Source: Paraspadella gotoi | Taxonomy: Eukaryota > Animalia > Chaetognatha | Length of the DNA stretch: 64,000 nucleotides | Reading direction: 5' to 3' | Assembly (NCBI GenBank): GCA_051294375.1 | Contig: CM119263.1 | Coordinates: forward strand, 19,082,625-19,146,624 | Shown: in pieces, positions 27,645-53,900 of the stretch | Position numbering within the stretch: the first letter of the stretch is position 1 | Layout: each line of letters begins with the position of its first letter | Translations under genes and position numbers: made by a program | Notes under the pieces: generated by a model | What the model saw: only the letters and a program-made list of their open reading frames with translations | What the model was told of the DNA's origin: nothing | Database searches by the model: none

Positions 27645-28930
27645 TGACCGCTACCGCTAACGACCTTCGTTGGCTACGAAACCTTATTTGAAAGTCCCAG
27701 TCCCTCACGGGACGAAAGGTTTTCTTTAAAAAGTGATGAGCAGGATTAAGGCCACCGATGCCTCCCGTCGAAGAAAAGCTTCCTCGTCGGAATGCAAAGG
27801 AACACTGACTTTTGGACCAAGCTTTGGTCGCCCATCTCTTTGGACCAAATTAGAGGTCGACAAGCTTTGGTTCGCCCTCTCTTACGACGATCTCCAGCTT
27901 GGCATTTTTTCTAATCCTCTCTCTTTATCTCTCTGATTCGTTCGTCGTCTTCTTGCAAAATCCAACCGTCATCTTCTCAACTCAAAAAAAATTTCTCGCG
28001 CTGTTTATGTTATCTATTCCACGTTGAAACGTTCTCGGCCTTTACTCTCTCCCTTCGACGTCGTCGTCGTGTCGCATCCACTTTTTTTCAGCTTTTCTCA
28101 ATTACATTCACAAGTAACAGTCAAACATTGTCCCGGACTCCAGGGCGACACGTTCTTATCTTGTCACGTTTCGACGGGACCATCACGCTGTGTTCGCAAT
28201 TCGCTCGTTCCCGCTGCGGGCACTTTTTCACGCGAGAAAAGGAAACGGAATAAGAAAACGATTTCCAATGTTTAATGCCTCTTTCATTTTTACTTCTGTT
28301 CACCTTTCGCCTCAGCCTTTCTTTCTCTCGCCATGTTCTTTTACCTTTCTCTTTCCTTTCTTTCTTTTCTTTCTTTTCTTTCTTTTCTTTCTTTTCTTTT
28401 CTTTCTTTCTTCTTCTTTCTTTCCTTTCTTTCTTTCTTTCTTTCTTCTTTTTTATTTTGATAATAACAAACAAAATAAAAAAAATATCCCCATTTATGAA
28501 AGATTTATCAAGGCTTCCCTTTCATCCAAAATCATTTCGAGAACAGCGATTAGATTTTCAATTTCAGCAATCCATTAAATCACTCTTTTCATATGACTCT
28601 TATCTTTTCGATCAACCAACCAACCTCACCTTTTCTTCAGTGCGCTGACCGCCTCACTCCCCCTTCACCCTCTCTCATCTTTCCTCTCATTTTTCTCCTC
28701 CATCTCCTCTCTCTCTCTTTTCTCTCCTCTCTCTGGCAACGTTTTAGAAGAAAACCAGCCGAAGCATCACTTGGAGAATATCGCCAACAAAATCATGAAA
28801 AATGCATCATAACGGCTCTCGGAGCAAGGAGCGTCCACGAGGACGACGACGACGACCGACGACGATCAAAAAACCTCGGCGACGACGAACGGACGATAAC
28901 GACGACGACTGGGCTGCAGTAAAAACATGA

Positions 28931-42947
<14,017 letters not shown>

Positions 42948-45900
42948 AAGAGAAACCTATTATTTCTGACACGAATGTGAATTTATTCGTCAGTACAGGC
43001 TATCCTTTGGTTGCGTTTGGGAAAAATTTTAATCGGGATACTCAATCAAACCGTCTTTTTTAACACAATATTAAATCTCACAACTTCTTCGAAGATGGCG
43101 CGGACGTACTGTTACGAGAAAACCTCCGTTAGGAGCGCTTTGGTAATCCGTTCGTTTAAAACCTTTTGTTTTTATTTTCGTACTATTATACTTCAAACGT
43201 GGATTTCAGATGTGTGTGCTGATCGGTGCTAATTATATTTAAATCCCTTTTTTAAAAAATGTGAACGATTTGTTTTATCAATAATTTTGTGAGAAAAATT
43301 CCTCTTAATGTTTTTGTTTTTTCCATGGTTTTATTCGCTTTTTATTCCTTTTCTTTCTTCCTCTCTCTTATTTCTTTATTTCTTCCTTTCTTTTTTCTTT
43401 TATCTTTAGTTATTCTTTAATATGTCTACTTTCATCTCACTCTTTCTCTCTGTAAGCCTCTCTGTCTGTAAAGGTACTAATATATATCCATTTATAATAA
43501 CAAATTGATCTTAGTAATGTTTTTACAAAGCAAAAATCGCGCATGTTTTTACCTGGGTTTGTATGATGTGTATGTGTATATAGCTTTTTCCATTAATAAT
43601 TTTTTGTTTGCCGGGAAAATATCATGATAACCTTCCTTCTCTGTTAACTCTTTTTTGGATTTTTTTTTGGTAAATTGTGTCAAAGACAAATGATGAATGT
43701 AAAAAAGCAGATTATAAAAAGCTGCATCATTTGAAAATTCATTCAATAAATCATGTAATTTGCTTCGAGTTGGAGTCAGATAAAATTAAAAAAATGACAA
43801 GATTCGTAGAATCTTCTTGAATCTTCTTTTATACTATAAGTATTATTTTATTATTATTATATATTATATATTATATTATTATATTAAATTTGCAAATTAC
43901 TTGTTTCACTATTTTTTATTTTTCTATTTTAATATTTTAATAATTTTATGAAGGATTTAGTATTTATTATTATATATTATTACTATTCTATATTATAGTT
44001 TTTTTGTTTTTTTTTTGGAAACGTAATTTATGTCACTAATGATCGCTGCAACTGCAAGAGTAGATTTTCTAGCAGATTCCGGCTCTACTATCTGGAAAAA
44101 AGTATATCACATTTTTAGTAGAGGATATTAACTCAAAAAACTTGTTTGATTTTTACAAAAATCAGAATGTCAATTCGTTTAGAATTAGAAGTTACAGGCA
44201 AAAAAAGATCGCTACTTCAAATTGAAAATGGCCAAAAAAATAATATTTAGTTTTCAACCATTTTTGGTATTTAATTATTTATTTTTATTTCAAATAGAGT
44301 TAGTTATTTATTTTTTTTTAAATTTGGTAATGCTATAGACATTGCACCTTTTTTTGGTTTTAAAAAGTACCATTATAGCTCTCAGAAAAGATGGAAAGAC
44401 GCACAACATCAACATCGAGACTGAAAAAAATTGCGTTAAAGATGTGGAAAAGCATTTCACTGTTATACCTCAATTCGCTGTATGAGAGCATGCCCAGATG
44501 AACGTAAGCAGTAGTCGATGCCGAGGGAGGGCATACCAAATATGCTTTTCAACAATTATGTGATATACTTTTTTCCTAGATAGGATGATTCACTTTGTCG
44601 TTCTGTCGGTATGGTCAGAGGTCAGTAACTCATTTAAATCATCTTAGAACATCAAATTATGAAAAATTATACGAAAAAAACGATCCATCTGCACATCTAT
44701 CCCCTCTTGGCTTTTAAAGTTAATTACTCATGATTTAAAATTTTATATGTAAGTTAAAAAGTAAGTAATTGACCTGGAAATTAAGTTTTAACAGAATCGT
44801 GTAATTGGATATAAGTTTAAATGAAAATAAAGCACGTTTTACTATTTGATTTTGTTTCTTTTTTTCTTCAATTAAATAAGAAGCTGCAATAACAATTATA
44901 ACAATCACATAACCACAACTACAACCATAATTTCCACCACAACTTCCACAATAACTATAACTACCATAACCACTACATATAAAACCCACAATAAACATAA
45001 CTTAATTAATAAATTAATTATTTGATTAGTTGTTTATCGCTAAATTATCGCGAGCATTTCCAGCATTTTTTGCTCAAACTTGTACTCAAATCAGTACGTT
45101 ACAGATTTTTCATTGTTAGTGTAATGATGTGTAATCAATATTCACAATATCCGCACTTTATAAATATTTTTTTTTTAAATTTATTTTCCGTAAATCAACA
45201 TGCCATTTTGTTTTCTATCGCCTCTTTGCATACGAAAAGAACCAGAGGTCGTTTTACGCAACTTTTCGGACAACAAAATACTTGATTCCGCTGTTTGATA
45301 TATAATATAAATATTAGAATTCAAACCATCAAAAGAGGGCCTCTATCGCTGCCAACCTGGCTTTAACTGGTAATGTAATAGGCTATAGGCAATAGACACA
45401 TGTGAAGTGGCCAAAACCCTCCACACCGCTTGCGAGACTAATAACGGAGCCCAAAATAACTGAGCCCAAAAGGAGCGTTTAATCCTTATAAATACTACTT
45501 TGAAAAAAATAACGATCAGGTAATTGAATTAAATCCAAGACCCTTCAATATCAAAACGAGTACTTAGCCAGCAAAAATTTATTAATTCAGGGTTCTGGTG
45601 ACTCGAAGTGACCTCGGTCATGAAGATGCCTCATTCTCCAAAGGATCATTATATTTATATTATATATATATTTATTATATATTTATATATTATATATTTA
45701 TATAATATATATCCCGGCTCTTCTGAACTCTAACTGGACAACTTTATACTTTTTCCTTGACTCATTTTCCATCATTTGCGACCAGCTCTTTCTCTCTCTG
45801 AAGATAGTCTGACGTCTCAAAAATTAATACGGATATTTGTTAATGTTGTATTATCCTCCGGAATTTCCACTTTTTTGGTTAAATAAGCACGAGATATCGC

Positions 45901-47647
45901 CAGGAGAATCAAATAGGTTAAGTCCTTTCGGGAATAAGAATTATACATCGTATCGATCAAAAGAGTCAACACATCTGATTTTCATGTTCAACGCTTTATC
46001 AGCATCCGTTAGATCATTCGGGGCGAATCGACGAACTATATATATTATATAAGATGACGCAATCAATGTACACTGTACAGCATAGAAAAAAATATTCAAT
46101 CGAAAAAAAATGTTACAATTGATGATATTTTTTTTATTGTTTCTCAGCCTTGGTAATTACTTTTTAAATGATATGTAGAAAAATTAATGCAAGATCTCTT
46201 AAAGCCCTCAAGATACAGTTAAATAAATAAACGCCGACAGATTTCGAAGATTGGTTAATTCTGTAATAAGTGTAAATATTTCTTAAAAATTTATGCAGTC
46301 AGATTCTCCTCTTTCTAAGCTGACATTTGTTATTAAAAATTCAAACATTTGTCTGTCCATCGGTCTGTCTGTTCGTTCTTCAAGAGATAGAATTCTAGTT
46401 TCAATAGAATCTGCCTAGTAGAAATATGTTTAAATATAAAAAAGATTTTAATTTTATTTTTTTGCATTAATTATGTGAATAACATTGTAGCAAGCCTAAC
46501 AAAAATTTGGGTCAGTCTGTCTGTTGTTCTATCCCACTAATGTATTTGAAAAACATGTGTACCATAATTTTACTCATGACTTGTATTAAAAACAGAAAAA
46601 CAAGTTATATGTATATGTCGATTTTTATTTGATCCAAACAAAGCAAATCTTTAATCTTTTTATTCTACAAAATTGAATGTCTTTCTCTCACATTTGCTTT
46701 TGCTCTCTCGCTTTCACTCTTTCTCTCAATCTCGCTCTCTCTCTCTTACTTTCTCTTTGTTTCTTCAACATTTTCAGAACTTATGCTCACTTACTCAGCC
46801 ATATTATATAATGAACATGATCTTATTCCTCTTTCCGCTTCTTTTATTAATACTGACCAGAATTATTATTGCTATTATTATAGTCTTATAGTTAATTGAA
46901 AAGGGAAATTTTGATGAATGATATGATATGAACATAAGGAAAAAAACAAGTGATTTAGTTTAACAAAAAAATCATTACTGTATTATTCGAAGTAGTTTAT
47001 TAAAAATAATATCAAATGGTCACAGTAACATGAGATGAGGTAATAGAAAAACTCGAAAAAGCCAAGATAGTTGGGTAATTGTCGTGGCTTAAATTTCTTT
47101 TAAATGATAATTTGATTGATTTGAAAGATAGCTCTTGATCTCTAGTAACAAAATCAGTTTTAATATATCTTTTTTTAATTAACAAGTTTAACCCAGCTCA
47201 TTTACAATGACGATGGTATGAAATTTTAACACTGTTTCAAGCTACTCAGACTTAATTTTTACATATTTTGATTGGCTTTGCGATTTTGCTTATGTAGTTA
47301 TGAGTCTTATGAGTCTTCTTAGCATGCTAGCATGCTAGTAACTTGAACCTGAAGGCGTTAAAAAGTTTCAATTTTCTTTCAAATACACCTCTAGGACCTG
47401 CGAGCCAATTAAGACGCCTTCCTGAATTTCAGATACTGGATAATGGAGCTGGCGTGACCAGGATTCGTCATTGATTTCCCATAAGAATTTTATAAAAATT
47501 AATTTCGAAATAACCCCGTATTATTTTGTAGGAACTAAAATTTTTTTCGACCGTCATTTTTTAATACTACGTTTTTTAAACAGAGAAAAAAGAGTATTGG
47601 GGCATTTTGTGCCCCTCCATTAAATTTTATTTACGATATATGTGAGA

Positions 47648-50599
47648 ATGATTAAAATGTTTTGGGCCGCGTTGATTTTTTGGATTTCACTTTTTGACTG
47701 TTGTCGAGGTAAGTTAAATTTCAGGAAGTTTGAAAATGATAAAAAGAATAGGTCTAAAGCTTAGAAATTAAATACAACGCACTTGTAAGCTTTATGCCGT
47801 GGACTTAATATTAACATTATGGCACCTTCAGCATCGGAATGGCCCTCCAATCACGAGACATGCTTCCACGAAGACAACATGATCAAAGTGGTGATAGTTA
47901 TCGACGGAGAAATGGAGGAGAGCAACTTTACCGCAGCTTTGAAAGACGCGGCAGATTTCGTCCAGGGTTGCGAAAACGGTGAGAAATTTGGAGACGGTAG
48001 AGAAATATTTGAAAGCTATCGATTGTGAAATCTTACTATTTCGTATTATCTACTATTTTTTCCTCTAAAATAACGCTTGCTAGGAATGAAGGTCGCTGAA
48101 ATGACGCCCCAGTTCGGGCCGGTGGGAAATGTTAGAAAAAAGCGGTCAGTGCCGGAAATAAGCGGGACGGCGCTGCGAACGATCGAGTCGGCCCTGCAAA
48201 GAAAGAGAAGGTCCGCGCAGAGGAGGAGGAGGAGAAGTGCATCGTCCGGTTTGTATCCACTTTTAAAAATGCTTTTTAAAATTTGGATAGTAATTTTTTA
48301 GTAGTATTAACGTAAATTAATTGTAACTACAAATATAAATATAAAAAATTGACCCAAAAAAAAATGAAATTTAATGATGATTCGTTACTAGTAATATGGG
48401 CTAGCCAAATGAAGCATCACAAACACGACGTGATTTTCATGTTGGACGGAAGCAACAGCACTGGGAACACCAGCTTTGAAAAGGCAAAAGAATTCATCGT
48501 CAATTTCACGAGACAAATAGAATTAGGCAGCGATAAAACAAGGTAGCTAAAATTATATTTTCATACAATTTTCATACAATTGAAACATTCTTTGAAATAT
48601 TTTCCACTTCATTGATAGGGAAGCCAGGTACTCTGGGAGTGAATAAACGGGACTGTGAGAGAGTCTTGATTGAAAGCTTACAGGGTCCTGCTATGTCATT
48701 ATCTTGTAAGAGTGATGGAGGCCTTAAACCACCAAAGCCTGTCCAAAGTCAGGGGCAAGATAGCTTATTTATTAAATGAATGGATAATTTTTATATTGGT
48801 TGTACCAATTTCATTAAAGATTAAAGATTAAAAAAAGGATGTCTATATATAAGAGAGAAAGAAAGAGAGAAAGAAAAAAATAGAGTTTACACGATTCCCT
48901 TCTTCAGAGTCTCCGTGATTCAATATTCTTCGGAGGGTATCTTTATAGAGTTGAGTTTTTCTGATTCGATCGATCGAGAAACTACTTGGATCGAGACCAC
49001 GATCTTGGACATCCCGTTCAGGGGCGGGGCCAAAAAGACTTCCGAGTAAGTTCAAGTTCTCTAGACGAGACCTGGCGCCTTTTTGAATCTTCAACAAACA
49101 AGCCATCATCCTGCTCAGGGGTCTGGAAGCGATGAAACATCTTTTCGATACGAGCGCTCGGGTCGACGTCTTCAAAGTCGTGATCATCTTGACGGACGGA
49201 AAGGAGGACGAGTCGCCGCCGCTAACAGCCCAGGTCGGTGGGCGTAAAAGGCGTTGAAATTGAAAGGATGGATTATGGTATGGCGACGTTGGAAAAGGAG
49301 ACAATGTTTATACATTTATACATCTATCACAATTTAAAACGTGAGAATAATACGTAACAATGGAGGTTTATTCGAGTGAGAGTATCGTCCAACGATGTCG
49401 ACTTATAAAGGGGAGAGCACGAGTCAGAAAGAGAGAGAAACGTCCGTCATATCAAGTGACCCGACGGGGACGAAAAGGTCGGTCGAATCGTCGGCCATAG
49501 TCGTCTTCGACCGTCCTCCACAATGGATTATTTCAGCGACAGATTGGTTAACGCTCTTTAGTATATTACCGTCCTAAAGATAGTATAACTTAATTTTTTA
49601 TACTTTTGGGCACCTCCTTACCATCACTTTTTTAATACCTGACATCCCGACATCCTTGATTCTAAGAATGTGGATGTCGTCTTTCTTTTCGACATCACCG
49701 GAAGCATGAGCAGTGAGCTCGGGAACGTCAAGGGAGAAGCCCTTCGAATCGTGGAAGACATCAAGGAGACCTACAATGATTCTTTGGTTCGCGTAGCTTT
49801 TATCGGCTACAGAGACACCGGTGACGCACAACAATTTATTCACTTCGATTTTAATGAAAACTTCACAATTTTCCAACTTTGGCTGATGAAAGTCAGCGCC
49901 TCAGGTTTGCATCCGAATCTTCGTACGTAAATTGATGTAATATTTATTTACGTATTAAAATATTATTACAACTTTTGACTTAAACAGATGTGACTTTAAG
50001 AAGACTTTAAGACTTTGAGAACGGTACAAAGTTATAAGCGCTTCTCTTGATATCTAATTGTACACATCAACGGATTTTATTCTTCGATGGCAGGAGGAGG
50101 TGACGCTCCGGAAAACATTCGCGGAGGAATCGATCAGCTTAGATTCAATCTAACTTGGTCAGATAATAAGAATAGCACGCGAGTCATTGTAGGCGTGGCC
50201 GACCAACCGGGTCATGGAGACTGGAACACCAAAGGATCAGAGACGAGGCGGGCGATGACCGAGCAGTTGCTGTGGCTAAAGTGCGAACTTCGAATCTCTC
50301 TCTTCCTATTTATTCACGCCTCTTCAAATAGTGCGTTGCTCGCTATGCTGAATGCAATGAAGGTAGTCACCGAGAGAAAGAGAGGGAGATAATGACTGAA
50401 TGGTGAATTCATTTAAAATCGATATTTTCTTGTTGCGTTCACAGGAGGATTCGAAAAAAGACTGCGACGGGTCCGTCGTGGAAGACTCAAACTGGTTCAT
50501 CACGTCTTCAGTTAAAGAAACGAACATCGTCGACGAGATTGTCACTCAGGCCCACATAATTATAAAGACGGTTTCATTTCAGTAAATACCAATTTAAAA

Positions 50600-50642
<43 letters not shown>

Positions 50643-50892
50643 GAAGGAAAAAAAGAAATAAAGAAGGAAAGAGGTTTATGATTTTCGCAGAGACATTTCT
50701 CTCGAGCTCCAAAAGGCGGGTGTGGAGATCGTCGGCGTTGGGTTGAGTCCTCAAGCCGACGACGAGAAACTTCGCGACATTGTCGGCGACGTCGTTGTCG
50801 GTAAAGAGAACAACGTCATCATTGGAGAAAACCTCGCTGGCGTCATGGAAATCATCGAGAAGACAATTGTTGAGGGTGAGAGAGGAGAGAGA

Positions 50893-50981
<89 letters not shown>

Positions 50982-53900
50982 AAATAAATGATATGGTTAC
51001 TGGTTTGGTTTGCAGAGGTGGATTTTTGCGCGCTCCAGCCATGTTTCCACAACGGAACTTGTCTCAACGAAAGTTTGAGCTTTCGGTGCATCTGTGCAGA
51101 TGGATTCAAAGGCGTCAAATGTGAAAGTAAGTGTGTAAAGCGGGGGATTAAGATTTAATTCAGCTAAAGCCTAAATATGGTTAAATTATAGACCTCTCAT
51201 CATCAGATCAAATCAAAATTAATTTTCTTATGTATTTATCTATTAATCTTAAATTTTCAATTTTTTCCCATAGCTTCTCTCACAACCCAGTTTGCAGTTA
51301 TCGTGTCTGGAGACGATTCCTCCGTCCTCATGGAATTTAACTCCGATATCGAAGCCTTAGATTCACTAGCGCATCCGGGAAAGGTCAAAGGCAACTTGAC
51401 GGACGCGCTCCAAACAGCTCGAGGAATGTTTGAGACTGAGGAGGTAAATCCCTTTAGAATTGAAGAGGTTAGAAGAAATAAAAATTAGAGATGGTAATTA
51501 AGTATTATATTCATATATTAATTCAATAATAATTAAATAAACAATTAAAAATATTTTTTCGCCCACAAGGAAGAAGATAAGGACCCCATCCTCATCTGCG
51601 TCATATACACAAACACAGATGACGATTTAAACGCCGCTGCCGTCGCTGCTGCGGATGAAATGAGAAGCAAAGACGTCATCGTCCTCGTCGTCGTCGGTGG
51701 CGACGACGGCGTTCAAAGCGCCCATGAAAAAGTCGCTGGCAACGAGGGAAACGTTTTTACAGTTAAACAAAATATTACTTTTGCTTACAAATAAAATATA
51801 GAAGAGACACTATTTTAGCAAAAACAAAGTTTAGAGTTTGTACTACAAGGATTTTTTATTTAACATAATTTAGTACAAACTCTAAACTTTGTTTTTGCTA
51901 AAACACCAAAACACAACGAAACGAAAGGAATAGCACATTATAGAAGAGACAGTAATAATTGTTGTGTGTTAGTGACAGAACCGTTCAATATAAGCCAGAG
52001 ATGTGGACGCGATCCGGAAAGCGTAAGCGAACACTTGTGGAAGCGGCCGATTTTGAAGAACCCGAAACCGGGAGCGATAGAAAAATTAAGAATAAAGGAT
52101 TGAACCCGGAAGCTATAATAACCCTGCGTGTTCGCTTCCTGTCATTTGTTTTTATTGGTTAGAAATGAAAGGTATTTAATGTATTAAAATCTTTGCAACC
52201 CCCTGCTCTTTCTTGATTTTTCTTTTTAAATTTGTTTTTAATATTTATTTTAAACCAAAAGGATTGATCTGTTTTATTGGTAATATTGCATAATATTATG
52301 CTTATACATACTTAAATCTCTAACATACTCTCTCTCTCTATCTTCTTTCTTTTTCCCCTCTTGCACTGAACAAAAAAGCAAATAAAAAAAATATATAAAT
52401 TAATAAATCAAAATTATTAATAATAAGTTTGAGCAAACAATGCCGGATCTGCCCACGATCATTAGCGGTAATTAATTGATTAATTAATTTAAAAAAAAAA
52501 TTATTTAATTAATTACATATTAATTAATTAAATAATAATATCGAACATTTGGGAGCTCAAATGATTTGAACAAAGACGACAAAGACGATGAATACAATGA
52601 CGAAAACGACGACGAAGTCTTTGTACTTTGTGAGCCGTAGTACAGTAGTGGTCAATAAGAATGACCTGTTTTTACCCAATCTTGTTATAGCTGACCTTTT
52701 TCTCAGCCAATGTAAATACTGTTATTATTATTATTTTTATCATTTTTACTTTTTTACTGTTTTTGATAATACCAGGTTTTTTTTATCACAAAAAACACGC
52801 CTCAAATTTTTCTATAAATTTTTGTTTTGAGTCACCGCAAACATTATAAAAATATTTTTAATTAATTAATTTAGAGAAAGCAAAGAATTTTGAATTTGTA
52901 ACAACGATTTTTAATTAATAGTTGGATATGTTTCGGCTTGTTTACTTTAAGCCTTCATCAGCATATGACATTCAATAATAAATTTGTGTAAAAGAAGAGT
53001 GTGAGAGAGAGAGAGAAAGAGAGAGAGAGGGTAAAAGTTTTTCCAACAAAGTGGTGAGACAGAATAGTGGTCAGATGTGAGGACAGGTTGAAGGTAAGGG
53101 CAGATTGAGTGAGTTGTGAAAAGAAGTGAAACTTGTTAAAGAGAGAGAGAGAGTGAGAGAGAGAGAGAGAAACAAAACAACAGGGATAAATAAATAATAA
53201 AGATACATTTTTGCAATGTACAACAAAGATAAAGGAGTTTAATTAATTAAATAATTAATGATGGCAACCACGACAATGATAATATCGACGATGACAAATT
53301 AATTGATTGCTTAATTTTTTGATTGATTGATTGAATATTTGATTAATTGATTGAATAATTAATTAACTGATCAGTTCTGGCATTGTTAGCTCAAACTTGT
53401 TTGTTTTTTTGTCTTTTCATTATGACAAAAGAAATGACTACCCTAATGATGATTATGATGACAACAAGGATAGCACCCTCATGATTAATTGAATGATTGA
53501 TTGATCAAATAAAATAAGTTCATATCAGGCCGTTAATTTTTAGGTCTTTTTGTCAGGTCACTGACCAGGACAAAAGCAACAACGACGTTGGACAATGATA
53601 ACACTGACATTGTTTAATTGATTGATTAATTAATTGATTAATTAATTTATTGGTTCTTGGTTTTTTTTTTCATTTAAACTCATTTCCACTCGAACGATTC
53701 TTACAATTTTACAAATCTTACAATTTTTCATAATAAAAATTTCACTTGTTATTTGTTAACAAAAAAGATTGTTTAAAATTATTCTATAAATGAATTACAT
53801 GTCTAAAGAGATATTTTTATAAATAATAACAAATGTAAAATTTCTAAAGGAAGGAAGCGATGTGCACTCGAAACCGAAAGCGATCCGGGCTAAAAAAGTA

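Noticed and set aside
44735-44998. Gly/Tyr/Cys-rich ORF (GYGSYSYCGSCGGNYGC) resembling keratin-associated proteins
   Set aside because: It derives from a degenerate ACA/ACC/ATA simple repeat in AT-rich DNA, with no gene structure.
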